Origin: Octopus vulgaris
Lineage: Eukaryota
Direction: 5' to 3'
Length of the DNA: 64,000 nt
NCBI GenBank assembly: GCA_951406725.2
Contig: OX597827.1
Span: 12,152,001-12,216,000, forward strand
This document shows positions 1-12,613 of the stretch, in pieces. The notes beneath the pieces are model-generated. The model saw only the letters and a program-made list of their open reading frames with translations. It did not search any database and had not been told where the DNA came from. A program made the position numbers and the translations under genes. The first letter of the stretch is position 1, and each line of letters starts with the position of its first letter.

Positions 1-160
1 GTGGAACAAATATAGTATTATTGGACGCTCAGGAAAGAAGGAAAGAAGGAGGGTTTAACGTTTTGAGCGGAGCTCTTCTTTGGAAACATAGGAGAAGGAA
101 AGATCCAGAGAAGGGAAGACAAAGGCAAAAAAGTCACCAACAGTACACACGAGGTCACAT
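1..160 (-). mobile_element. TA-array-associated Penelope-like repeat (family E), truncated by the window edge, hammerhead core decayed
   Basis: Near-identical to 17207-17425 and 42234-42466. The core reads CCAAAGA...AAAA instead of CUGACGA...GAAA. Confidence 0.65.
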
Positions 161-186
161 ATCTTTCTATCTATCTATTAATAGAT

Positions 187-232
<46 letters not shown>

Positions 233-296
233 AGCAGGTAGGAGGCAGGCAGACAGATAGGCCGACAGACAGATAGGTAGACGGATAAATATATAA

Positions 297-331
<35 letters not shown>

Positions 332-639
332 AATAGGTAGATAGTTATGGATGTGTAGCTGAGGACCTTACTTCTTGGTCAGGTGTTGTTTGGTTCAGTC
401 CTATTGTTCAGCACTTTGACCAATTGTCTTCTACAATAGGTTCAGGCTAACCAAAGCCTTGTGAATGGATGTATATACATATATGTATGTGTGTGTGTGC
501 ATATACACACATATATAAATATACATATATATATATTTATATATATACTCACACATATATATGCATATATACATATATATATATATATATATAAATATAT
601 ACATACATATACATGTATATATATATGTATGTATATATG

Positions 640-730
<91 letters not shown>

Positions 731-742
731 GTTTATAAACAT

Positions 743-775
<33 letters not shown>

Positions 776-1351
776 ACACACAAGGTAACCTTTCAGAGTT
801 GTTATCACATTGGACAAAATGTTAAGTGGCCCTTCTTCAAGCGCTTTATGCTCTGGGTCCAAATCCCACCAGGGTCAACTTTACCTTCAATCCCTTCAGA
901 CTTCATAAAATAAAGTACCATTCAAGTACTGAGGTTGCAGTAATCAGCTTGACCCCCCCTCCATCCAAATGTCGCTTACCTTAAACCCATCAATGAACCA
1001 GCATCCCTTCAGGAGGAATGTTGCGATCTTAATGGAATCTTGGTCACCATGGAAACCAGTAACTGGCCCCTATGAGTCCTAGGCTCAATAATATGACTTT
1101 GTCTGTGTGTTTGTGTGTAGTCTTAGATCGACACAGTTTGGTGGCAGTAAAGGAGTATCACTACTAAACAGATGTTATAGTTCATTTCCTGTCTTCCATG
1201 AAAAACATGCCTGGCCATGGGTAAGTTTTACCTTGCTTGAAAACAGCTGAGAGTAAGCAACAGAAGCATCCAAATGTGAAAAATCTGCCTCAGAGAAATT
1301 CCATCTGACTCATGCAAGCATGGAAAAGTTGTTAAATGATGATTATGACAA

Positions 1352-1388
<37 letters not shown>

Positions 1389-1409
<21 letters not shown>

Positions 1410-1970
1410 TTAAATATAAGAGAGTTAACGTTAACTGGTTAACTCTAATGCTAGAAATAGGTCCTTATTCTGGTATAGCCACTATATATAGTGCACTAAT
1501 TATTATGTGCACTACTCGTTTCCACTAAGTCTTACCATTCTTTTGGCAGGGAAGCTAAATCACAACTATGTATGCAATCGATTTGACCGCATGGGTATTT
1601 ATCGCCCATGATGGTCTAATAAATTGTATCGAAAACAAATGCTGCTGATGATTTATAGATAAATATGTGAGTATAATTGCACATTATGTTGATAAAGAAA
1701 CAATTGTTCAGCATTAATTTATCTTTTCGTTGTATTTCGCTTTCCATAAGTTGAAGGTAATGTTATTTCTTTTGTGGAAACTACTTCGGTGGCTATACCA
1801 GAATAAGGAGCTATTTCTAGCACTAGAGTTAACCACTTAATGTTAACTCTCTTATATTTACGTATAAATTTGTATTGTCTCCCTGGTTTTTTATGTGCTA
1901 GGCCACTTGGTGTTAAACTGATGGTATTATTAAATTAATATCTAATTTTTCACCCTCATTTATGAATTTG
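1389..1970 (+). mobile_element. Penelope-like element remnant with hammerhead and inverted partial repeat, flanked by (TA)n
   Basis: 1390-1463 is a near-perfect reverse complement of 1790-1862. Hammerhead at 1638. TA arrays on both sides. Confidence 0.6.
1638..1715 (+). ncRNA. Type I hammerhead ribozyme motif
   Basis: Stem I AAUGCUG/CAGCAUU, core CUGAUGA, stem II UUUAU...AUAAA with an internal AUGUG/CACAU hairpin, GAAA, palindromic stem III ACAAUUGU, NUH site GUU. Predicted cut 1708/1709. Confidence 0.78.
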
Positions 1971-2015
1971 TATATATATATATCAAAAATAAGCAACAAG
2001 AATGACTCCGGTGAT

Positions 2016-2101
2016 TTGGTACAATTGTTTCGTACTACAACATTTTATTAAAAGCTGTAAGTATTGCAGCAGATTTATGATGCTGAGTACTCTTCAGCCA
2101 A
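2016..2101 (-). ncRNA. Type I hammerhead ribozyme motif
   Basis: Minus strand: stem I UUGG/CCAA, core CUGAAGA, stem II GUACU-CAGCAU...AUGUUG-U-AGUAC, GAAA, palindromic ACAAUUGU, site GUA. Predicted cut 2020/2019. Confidence 0.8.
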
Positions 2102-2408
2102 TTTATATAGGTTTTCCAATAATATAAAAGCTTTCAAATCAAGTAGTAACATCTTAGGGAAGGTAAATATACAGATACAAATATATGAAGCAATTCAGTG
2201 AATTCTCTTGTGAGAGATACCCCTTGGCTATAAGCTTGTAGAATCATTTTATACTTCACTCATATAAAACATATGTTTAAAGCATTCTGTTTGTTTGTTA
2301 TTGTGTGTGTTATGCATTGAGTTACGATATATATGCGAGCATGCATAATATATTTAAATATAATTTTGCTATCTAATTACCTGATAATAATTGTAGTTGA
2401 TCCATGGA

Positions 2409-2570
2409 TTAACTTAACTCCATACCCGGAAGTTCTTCATACTGCCCTGTGTATCTTTCACTCCAAATATGTCCACTGCTCTTGTGAGATGACATTGTGT
2501 CACAGGAGAAAAATGCATTTTCGTCTAGCCTTCTACCATCAGATGTCATAGCAACCTGTTGACTATATAT
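2409..2570 (-). CDS. Protocadherin downstream cytoplasmic exon (53 aa to TAA, or ending at a phase-1 donor at 2426)
   Basis: Acceptor ATTTCTTTTTTTTTCAATAG|. The phase-0 frame matches the upstream donor and is open: IYSQQVAMTSDGRRLDENAFFSCDTMSSHKSSGHIWSERYTGQYEELPGMELS*. DTMSSHKSSGHIWSE resembles a degenerate protocadherin CM1-like D..S...DSG.G.S motif. A possible donor CCGG|GTATGG lies at 2426/2425. Confidence 0.82.
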   Translation of the reverse strand: MYSQQVAMTSDGRRLDENAFFSCDTMSSHKSSGHIWSERYTGQYEELPGMELS

Positions 2571-4190
2571 CTATTGAAAAAAAAAGAAATTACATTTCAA
2601 AGTATATTATAATGTAAACCACAATGGTAGCAGAAATAATTAGAATAATTGAAGTTCAAATCCTATATATATATAACTATATATTAGTGATTCTAAAGCT
2701 TTTATAAATTGCAATGTTGTTCAGAAAATTTGGCAAATTTCTCCTTTAAACAAATCAGGCAGCAGTCGATAGAGATAAATAGAGATTTTGCTTCAGTGCA
2801 CCTAATTTTCAATGTGTCTAAATCTGGAATGCATAAAAATAACAATGTGTAAAGTTTTGCCAAAAAGACAATAGTAAATACAAGCGAAAATGTACAAATC
2901 TGTTGAAGCATGTGTAATAGGTGAAAACCCCCAATGAAAAGTGTCGTACAGAATGTGAGCTAGCATCAGTAACTCTCTTCTGCAGTCTCTGGTCGATTGC
3001 TTTTACCAGAGAGATATTGCCGAATTATATTTCAAGGTTCCATGGATATTTGTTCCACCAGACTAAACAACAGATTGAAATTGAGAGAGAATCGTTGAAT
3101 TAATTACTTCTTAGCTGAGAATAAGACAATTGACGTTTTTAGTAGAAGTAACTAACATGTGTGAGAAGCTACAGAGGAAGAAAAGAAGAATGACACAAAA
3201 CCATTCAGCAAAGCATAAATCAGAGAAACATACATGACTCAATGAATGTAAAAGAACATTTGAGATGCCTGTAAGACAAAAACACTCCAGAGATCTTTCT
3301 TTGGAAATTAAACTTTACTCTTTTATATAACTTAATGAAATGTTCAAACTACAAAAGAATCGACCAACCAAAACGTTGGATACATTTGGATTTATTCAAA
3401 TGGTTTTATAAGACATTCCACAGTCACTACGGTATATTTGCTTGGTTGTATTGATTGATTTCTCCCGATATTTATGGGTTTTATGTGTCCCAGAATAAAA
3501 TTACTTATCCCAAAACATTGCAGCTATTTATTTTGTTTAACCCTACAAAGTAAAAGAATAAGTCATACGGAACTTGAATTGGAAACTATTAACTATTATT
3601 TCTTTTAAACCTTTTTGCTTTAGTGTGTGAAATAAATAAATAATAAATAAATAAATAAATAAATAAAATTTTAAAAAAATAAATATATAACTGTGTGTAA
3701 CCTTGACCTTGTAGCACGTACCATGCCTCTGCTAATTGTTTTAGGTGCCTATGTTGTTGTGCACTGATATGGATACCTACTTTGCCTCATGTCCTTTTTA
3801 CCCCAGCAGAAATTCAAAGATGTGACACCTTGAGAGTAAAAGAGTATCACGTGTACTAGGCTGATACTTATTTTCAGCTGAGCAAACCAGAGTAATGCAA
3901 AATGAAGTGTCTTGCTCAAATAAAGGACATGTTGCCTGGTCCAGAAATCAAAATCACAACCATATGATCATGTTCCCAACACCCTATCCCCTAGGCCAAG
4001 TACCTTTACTTTAGTATGTGTCATCTTAATTTCAGCCGACAGAACATATTGGAGCCTGGTGCAGCCATCTGGTTCGCCAGTCCTCAGTCAAATCGTCCAA
4101 CCCATGCTAGCATGGAAAGCGGATGTTTAATGATGATGAAGATGATGATGATGAGAACTTGATTTAACATTTCTGTATTTGGATGTTTTG

Positions 4191-4518
4191 TGAAAGCGCG
4201 TCGCTTAGTGGTTAGGGCATTCGGCTTGCGATTGTAAGGTCATGAGTTCGATTCCCGGCGACGCGTTGAGTCCTTGAGCAAGACACTTTATTTCACGTTG
4301 CTCCAGTCCACTCAGCTGGCAAAGATGAGTTGTACCTGTATTTCAAAGGGCCAGCCTTGTCACACACTGTGCCACGCTGAATCTCCCTGAGAACTACGTT
4401 ATGGGTATGCGTGTCTCTGGAATGCTCAGCCACTTGTACGTTAATTTCATGAGCAGGCTGTTCCGTTGATCGTATCAACTGGGACCCTCGTTGTCGTAAC
4501 CGACGGAGTGCTCCTTAA
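4191..4518 (+). mobile_element. Full-length tRNA-derived SINE (family D, CORE-like)
   Basis: A box (GCTTAGTGGTTAG), B box (GAGTTCGATTCCC), GTCCTTGAGCAAGACACTT core-like segment. 14-bp TSD ATTTGGATGTTTTG at 4177-4190 and 4519-4532. Confidence 0.9.
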
Positions 4519-7500
4519 ATTTGGATGTTTTGCTTAAATATAATGGCCACTATGAAGAGTGGTGCTTAATAGGTGTGATGGTCTAAATATTATAACTGTC
4601 CTGGGCATGATATTAAACTGCACCCAGTTGCAAGGCTCTAGTTCAGGAGTCCAAGAGTTTCAGAGAGCTTAGAGTTACTCCTTAGTCACCTCTACTTGCA
4701 TGTCTGTTCTGGTCCAGAATGGTGGTACATGCTAAGGGCTCCAGTTATGGGTCAAATAGCAGGAGATAATTCCTATAGCTAAGGCATTAAGGACTTGGGG
4801 GAGATGTGTCACAAAAGCCCACATACATTTGGCCATAACCTGATGTCATGTGAACCAGTCATTCTCCCTAATTGTGAAACAGACCCGATCCTGTTCTTCA
4901 AGGGTGAGTTCAAGAGAGTTGAATATTAACAAATAAACTGTAAGAATCACAGCTGCAACTTTCCCTAGAAACAAATCGTGTATTAACAGGCTTTTGGCTT
5001 GGAGGTCTTTGATGACCAACCCCTATAGGCATGACATGTGACAGAGAGAACAGCACTTTCCTGAGCCTCTAGTAATAACATATAATGTAGTATTCTATGA
5101 CCCAACACATATAACTATAAAATATATACTGTGAAGAAATATCCATGTAAATATATTAATAGAGTTACTATGAGAAGAATTCAGGGATGCTTGTTATAAT
5201 TAAAAAGCATTAAGCTAGCATGGCTGTATGGTAAGAAGTTTGCTTCTCAACCACTTAGTTTTGGGTTCAGTCTCACAGTGTGCTACTTTGGGCAAGTGTC
5301 TAAAACCCTTGTCTAACCAAAGACTCGTGAATGGATTTAGTAGATGGAAACTAATGCATATATGTGCATGTAAATATATTATGTATGAGTGTATCTTTGT
5401 GTCTTTCACCCTCTGCTTAACAACTTGTGTTGGTCTATTTATGCTCCTGTGACTTAGTGATTCAGTAAAAGAGACCAATACAGTAAGTACCAGTCCTTTA
5501 AAAAAATAAATACCGGGGTTGATTTGTTTGGTTTAAAAAATCCTTTGAGGTGTCACCCCAGTGTCTCTGCAGGTCAATGATTAAAACAAGGGAAAGATAA
5601 AAGAATATTTAGCGCTTATCAATTCTGACATAAAAATCCTAACCTAAGTAATATGAACACAGTAACACCCCTTGGCTAAACACTACAGTTATGTAAAAAT
5701 GTTAAAAGCTGTTATCACCATATTTACTGTCAATAAATATATTTTAATAATGAAACAATGACACAGTGCCATTATGAGAGTGATAACAGACACACCATAT
5801 TCATTCTACTAAAGTAAAGTCTAATTTGGAATGAGTTTAGTGTAAGAATAACACTATTTTCTTTGTTCTAGAGATTAATTCCATATTTGATTTGGAATCC
5901 TTCATCAAAGTAAAATGCTTCATCAAGAAAATCCAAAATATTCGTTTCAAATTTTGGTACAAAACCATCAAGCTCATGGTAGGGGGTTACAACTACTACA
6001 TCGACCCCAGTGCTCAAATGGTACTTATTTTATTGATCATGAAATGATGAAAGGTAAAATCAACCTGGCGGATTTGAACTCAGAACATAAAGACAGATGA
6101 AATGCAGTTAAGCATTTTGCCTGGTGTACGTATGATTCTGCCAGCTTAAGAAAATCCAAAATATTAGTGGATATGATACTGAATAAATAGAATCAAAATT
6201 TGTCACTCAGTTGTCATCTTCAGAAAAAGCATTTTAGTAACAGCAATCTAAAAAATGCTTTCCTGTAATGGTAAGGGTAAAGACCTCCTTCAGTCATGAA
6301 TGACCATAGGATTGCACTTACAAAGTTCCCCTCTGAGGCACAAGTTTGGGTAAGGTTTTTTGTGGTAAGCTATCAGTCATCCATGCATGCCAGTCTCCCC
6401 TCTCTATCTTACCTATGTTGTCCAAAGGAAAAGCAAAGGCTGATACAGCTTGGACCAGTGGCAGCTCATTTCAACAGCTGACTGAACTGGAGCAATGTAA
6501 AATAAAGTGTCTTGCTCAAGAACACAACACGCAGCCCGGTCCAGGAACTGAACTCATAACTTCATGATTCTAAGCCCAATGTCCTAACTACTGGGCCACG
6601 TGCCTGAACATCTGCCTGTAGCAGTTCATAGTAAAATAGGAAGTTTCTGTATATCTTTAAAATTCTACCTTTTGTGCACCAATAAGAAATCTTTGTATAA
6701 CTGCATTATCAGCAAGAAATAGCAGACAAGCAAAGTACAGCCAATCATCACTCACGAGCAAGCATGGCTTGGTAGGAAAGTTCAGTGTAGGTGAGCATCA
6801 CTGATAAAAATGTATGGTTTGGTAGCATGCACCATATATTTGATAGTTGGTTTAGACACTAATGTAGTCACAAGCAGATATACAAAATATTTTGTCCCAC
6901 ACAGAACATCTAGGAAGTGGTAGTTTTAAATCAAATATTTGCACAGGTGTACTTCACAAACAATTTGATTAGGATAACATCATCGTCATCATCATCATTG
7001 TTTAACGTCCGTTTTCCGCGCTAGCACGGGTTGGACGGTTCGACCGGGGTCTGGGAAGCCATGAAAGCTGCAACAGGCTCCAGTCTGATCTGGCAGTGTT
7101 TCTACAGCTGGATGCCCTTCCTAACGCCAACCACTCCGTGAGTGTAGTAACATTCCAATATATTTAATGGCATAAATAATGCCAAGTAAATCGACTTTTA
7201 ATTATGGAAGTCTTACTGAAACCTTCACTCTAAATTAATCATTTCGAATTAGGAGGTGACAACCTAATGTTTTACTTTATAAAAATAATGGAAATTAAAT
7301 TTTATTAAAATTACCTGTGAGCTTGTACTCATTTACTGTTGAGTAGACTGGAGCAACATGAAAATGAAGTGCCTTGCTCAAGGACATGATGTACCACTCA
7401 GTCCAGGAACTGAACTCATGAGCTTATGATTCTAAGTTGAACACCTTAACCACTAGGCTGTGTGCTTTTATTTGTAGATAAATCCTTCTCAAATAAAAAT

Positions 7501-9016
7501 CTACTGTCTTAAAAAAAAAAACAGAAGGATACGTTGTATGATGTAATTTGATACACCCTTAAGTTGATGAGGAGATGTCCATGTTTGATCAAAGGTCAGG
7601 CTCTATCAGTGTTGACCTCAGACTAAACAGCTACAACAACTTCTATTTCAAGAACATAGTTAAATAGATTCAGATATTTATAGAAATCAAGTTAAGTTAG
7701 ATGTACCATGGGTAAGAAAAAAGAATTGATGAAAGTTTCTCTCTTAATTATACCTCTGAAAAGAACCAACCATTGAAAAGACTTTGGATTAAGAAAAGAA
7801 ATATCAATCATTGTTCCTCGGGTATTGTAAAGAGATAAATAAATCTAATTATCAAATATTTTAACATCATATGGAGAAATAATACCATAATGAATCTTTT
7901 GTTACCAAAATTTATGGTAAAATCAATTAGGCAGACACAAATGGTAAAAAAAACAACAACGTAAGGTTTTGCTGGCACTAACATATGATGTCAAACCTAT
8001 AATCATATGCAACTAAATAGTATTTATCTAATGATTTTTCCAAAATAATGGAAGATATATATTCTTATTGGTAGACTAATGACATCCTTTTCAATCTTGT
8101 TTTACAATTTATTTGCTTAATTTTTAGGCTACAAAAATTATATCGTGAATATTGAATAGTTTTTGTGCCAAACCTATCATTTGAGAGGAAAAGCAATAAA
8201 TTTGTGGAGAAAATTTGCGTCAGTGAAATAAATCCCCCCAAATATACAGTTTCCAATAAAAATATCTCGCAGTAACATAGACTTAGATACAAAATATTCC
8301 CTGAAAAACTACTTCTGAACAAATACTTTTAACAGTTTATTGCTTTATCCTTCATTAATTCTTTTGTTTTTTTTTGTTTTTTTTTTTGCTTTATTAACTG
8401 AATGATTATGATAAATTATTTCTTGAAATAATGAAGTAATCAAATTCTAATGAATTCTTTGGCATTATTGGGTCAAATAATAAAACTGAGTTATGTTTGA
8501 TTTGTTTATGTCTATAAGAGTGTGGCTGTGTGTGTGTGTGAATTTGTGCATGTGTGTGTGTGTGTGTATTTGTGTGTGTGTGTGCATATGTTTGTGTGTG
8601 TGTGTGTGAGAGAATGTATGTGTTTTAGTATTTTAATGTATAAAAAGTGTATTTACAGCTGAGTGTACGCTGTATGTTTTTTGAGTGTACATATGCATGT
8701 TCCTGTCAGCATATATACACACATATTCATATACATACAGACACACACACATTCATACACATAAATACTCATATATATATATATATGTATGTATGATGGT
8801 TGCCCCCTCGTTATCGAGTATGGCCATTGCACGAAGCTTAACTGTTATTGGTGCTGTGATCGAATGTGACTTTTTAGCCCAGCTAAAGATCTACAATGTC
8901 TTGTACACATACATATATATGTATGTATACATATATATGTATACATACATACATACATACATATGTATGCACATATATGCATACATACATATACATACAT
9001 AAATATATGTATATAT

Positions 9017-9236
9017 CAGTGGTTTTCAACCAGGGTTCTGCGGAACCTTAGGGTTCCGCCAGTACAGTCCATTGGTTCCGCAAGAAGTTACAAAACTGCT
9101 AAAATCGGCAGTAATTTTTAATTCTCCTGGTGCAGATATGTGTGCATAAAACTATTAAATTATTGCACAGGGGTTCCTCAAGCCAGTGGAATGTTTCCTT
9201 GGGGTTCCGCTCCAGTAAAAAGTTTGAAAAGAACTG
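9017..9236. mobile_element. hAT-superfamily MITE (220 bp)
   Basis: Imperfect TIRs CAGTGGTTTTCAAC / TTTGAAAAGAACTG. Perfect 8-bp TSD GTATATAT (9009-9016, 9237-9244). Repeated GGTTCC subterminal motifs. Confidence 0.88.
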
Positions 9237-10216
9237 GTATATATGTATGTATGCATGTATGTATGTGCATGTATGTGCTATGCATATGTATATCAAAGTT
9301 TGTGTGCCCAAAGATATAGATGTTTAAATATATTTCTCTCTGTGTGTAAATACCTATGACGTGCTCTGTGGTTATGCATGTTCTTACCTTAGTGTATTTC
9401 AATGTATGGAATATGAAAAGAGGAGTAATTATTTTTCTAGTGTGGCACAAAGGTCAGAAGCAATTATCTCAAAAATTTCTAAACAAGCAAATTTATTCAT
9501 TCAGAATCATTTACAACTCGTAGCTGCTGCTATTATTTTTAGTTGCTTTTATTGCTATAAATGTTACCGTTACTTTTTTTTCATCAATCTTAAGCTGAAC
9601 TTATTGGTGAAGATTCATTTTCATAGTGAAATTAATTTTTGCTATGATTAGTTTAGACGAGAGAAGAACTTGAGAAGGGAGAATGGGTTTTAGCTTTAAT
9701 AAAACTGAAAGTAGTTTAAAAGAATCAGATATTCATTTCACTAAATTTTAATCTTCCATAAATACAGAAGAAAATAACGAATGTTGAAATGTATAGTTAA
9801 CCGGTAAGAGCTATTTATTAGTGATAATCCTTTGGGGACAAGAATTATCTTGAATTACAGAGAAGCGGGAAAAATTTGCAATCACTAAGAAAATGTGGTT
9901 TAAAATCTCCAGTGTTTGCTGACCTGACATATTGATTTCCAATAATGAATTGCAGAAGTGTCCCTTAGTCATCTAAAATGCTCAGACTGTGTTATTTTAC
10001 ACCAGTGATCAGATTCTTTATATTAATCTATGTGAAAATGACATACTAAACAGACAACCTTTAAAGTAAAGTATTACAACAGCATTGCAGGACGTAAATT
10101 CTCATAGCTTCTATCTATTAGTTAAGTTGATACACTGTCGTGAATTTAAATACTACATCCATTTCCTTGCAAACAAAGATCCCTGTAATAAGAAATAATA
10201 ACATGAAAGCACTCAC

Positions 10217-12613
10217 TTGTGTAGCTATAGGCAGCTTTTTTACCATTGTTGATGTCCTCCATTCATTTTCTAATTCATTTTCTGGATAAAGGTGACTTTG
10301 TGATTTTAATGAATGGGTAGTTTTATTTATCATTTCTTTCTGATTTCCGGTGTTGATGACAGGGTTGTTAGTTCGAGAGATCAAATATTTCTCTTCGTTC
10401 TTTATCCGACTTGGCGTAACTATTTCAGCTCTGTGTGATGCATTTTTACTATTGTTGCATCTGACAATGCAAATTGATATTGAAATGACAACTGCCATTG
10501 ATACAGTTACTGCTGCTAAGGTAATAATTACCACCAAGCTCAGATGTATTCTTTTATCACTATCAGAATGGGCGACTGCCATCTTCTCAGAAGTTTTGTT
10601 GCTAACTGTCAAAGTTATGGAGAGATTGCTCGCAGCTGACAAAACTGGAATCCCACTGTCTTTGACAATGCACTGCAAATAATACAACCCAGCATCACTT
10701 TGATAAACAGTTCGTGAAAATGTTAACACTCCAGTATAAGGATTGATTGTAAAAAGTTGTTTGTTATTTCCACGGATTATTTTGTAACGAAGAAATGAAT
10801 TCCGCGGACTATCGTTATCTATAGCTTTCAAAGTGATAATTTTTTTGTTGTTATGGGGTTCATAATAAACATCCAAATTAAAGGGACTGATGCTCGGAAA
10901 AGTAAAATACGGAGCATTGTCATTTTCATCCATCACTTCAACTACTACATTAACTGTGTTGTTTAGCGGAGGAATTCCGTTGTCTTTCACCAAAACTTGG
11001 AATACGTATATGTCTTGGCGCTCGTAATCCAAAGCTCTTTTTGTTAAAATAAATCCATTGTCGGTAATTTTGAAAGGTAAAAGTGTGGCATTTTTGCCAT
11101 ACAAAGAATAAGTAAGCTGTCCACCGGCCCCCATATCGGGGTCAGTGGCATTAACAAGTCCAACGGGAAAATTCACCTCTTCATTTTCATAGGTCAGAAA
11201 TTTAAATGTCTTTTTTGTAAACTGGGGCTGTACATCGTTTACATCGACAACCTTAATGAAAAATTTTTTCTCAGTCTGCAGAGGAGGATGTCCTCTATCT
11301 TGGCAAATTATTCTGACATTAAATAAATTCTTTGCTTCTCTGTCCACAGAATTCTTCAGAAGCACTTTGTACTCCTTAGTTTCCATGGTCCGTAATTGAA
11401 ACCTGTCATGATCTAAAGAACATGTGACCTCTCCATTTCGTCCAATATCATTATCAGTTACCATGACATAAGCTATGAAACTTCCAACTTTAATTCCTTC
11501 TGATATCGTTACAGTGTTTTCTGAAAAGGCTGAAACAAAGTTGACGTCTATATTTGGCGGGTTGTTCTGTTGGTTAGTGACTGTGATCAAAACTATAGCA
11601 GTAGAACGTAGCGGAGGAGTGCCACCGTCTTGAGCATCAACAAAGAGCTTATAAGACAGTTTTTGAATGGAGGGAAACTGTTTTATAGCAAATATTTCTC
11701 CTGTGTTTTCTTCTACTTGGAAATAAGATTGAGCAAGGTCTGTTGTTTTAGAACTGAAATGGTATGATACTCTTCCATATCTTCCAGAATCTAAATCTTT
11801 GGAAGATAAGACAGCAACTGGTGTATTCATTTGATGAGTATGTTTGATAGAAACATTGTAAATACTCTGAGAAAATACAGGTGGATTGTCATTTTCGTCA
11901 TTGACTGATATTTTTACATTTAATAGACCTTCCTTGGATGGAAATCCACCATCTTTGGACACAATTTGAACCATGTAGTTATCCCTTAATTCTCTATCGA
12001 GTTTGGCTTCCAGTGTTATTTCAAGTTTAGCTCGGCCGTCAACTCTCTTAGAAGTAGACAAAGTGAAAGGTTCGTCTGAATTCTTACGAAGTTGATATGT
12101 GATTTGGGAATTCAGAATGCCAACATCTTTATCCACTGCATCTGGAATTGATTGAGATGTTCCTTCTTTATCATTTTCATCAAAAAAGAGTTCGATTTGT
12201 TTATCTGGAAATTTTGGTTCATGATCATTAACATCTTTGATAAAGACCTTAATTTTTAAAATCCTCATGAAAGTTCCTGCTTGGTGAACTGCAATTTTGA
12301 TAGTTTTAAAACACTCTACATTATAAATACAGAGTGTTTCAGCATCCAGGACTTTAGCTGTGTACAACTTTCCTGTTCGCGAAACATTGAAGAGGTCTGA
12401 ATCGCTTGTAGCGCTCTGCTGTAACTGACTAAATCTAATTAAGTCAGGATTTTCAACAGGTATACTGTCCAATAGTTGTGTGTCAGCTGCAATATCACCG
12501 ACGTAAGTACCCGGACTTTTTTCCTCTTCAACATAATAAGTTAGTTTCCCGCTCAGGCACTGAGGGAACAAAGCAAACACTATATATACCAATACTAACA
12601 TATTTATACTCAT
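10217..12613 (-). CDS. Protocadherin main coding exon (799 codons): signal peptide, EC1-EC6, transmembrane helix, start of cytoplasmic domain
   Basis: Part of ORF 10118..12613. Hydrophobic N-terminus. Cadherin linker motifs DVNDHEP, DENDNPP, (NQQNNPP), DVNDVQP, DENDNAP. DxD and LDRE/VDRE/LDYE motifs. C-X5-C in EC1. TM segment LSLVVIITLAAVTVSMAVVISISICIV. Minus-strand donor CAA|GTGAGT after Q799 (phase 0). Acceptor TTCCTTTTCTTTTCTTTTTCAG| puts the exon start at 12652. A whole ectodomain in one exon is typical of protocadherins. Confidence 0.96.

Noticed and set aside
975-1080. Minus-strand AAG|GTAAGC donor suggesting a further protocadherin exon
   Set aside because: No polypyrimidine acceptor, and the phase-1 frame hits TGA after about 11 codons.
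4191-4265. tRNA-like sequences (also 14731, 20105, 22977, 38221)
   Set aside because: They are SINE heads continuing into repeat bodies, with TSDs where checked; no convincing full cloverleaf.
10118-10216. C-terminal 32 aa of the 831-aa ORF (VSAFMLLFLITGIF...), hydrophobic like a second TM
   Set aside because: It begins exactly at a GTGAGT donor, so it is most likely intron read-through; an intron-retained isoform cannot be shown from sequence.
10350-10682. 110-aa + strand ORF
   Set aside because: Antisense shadow of the protocadherin CDS.
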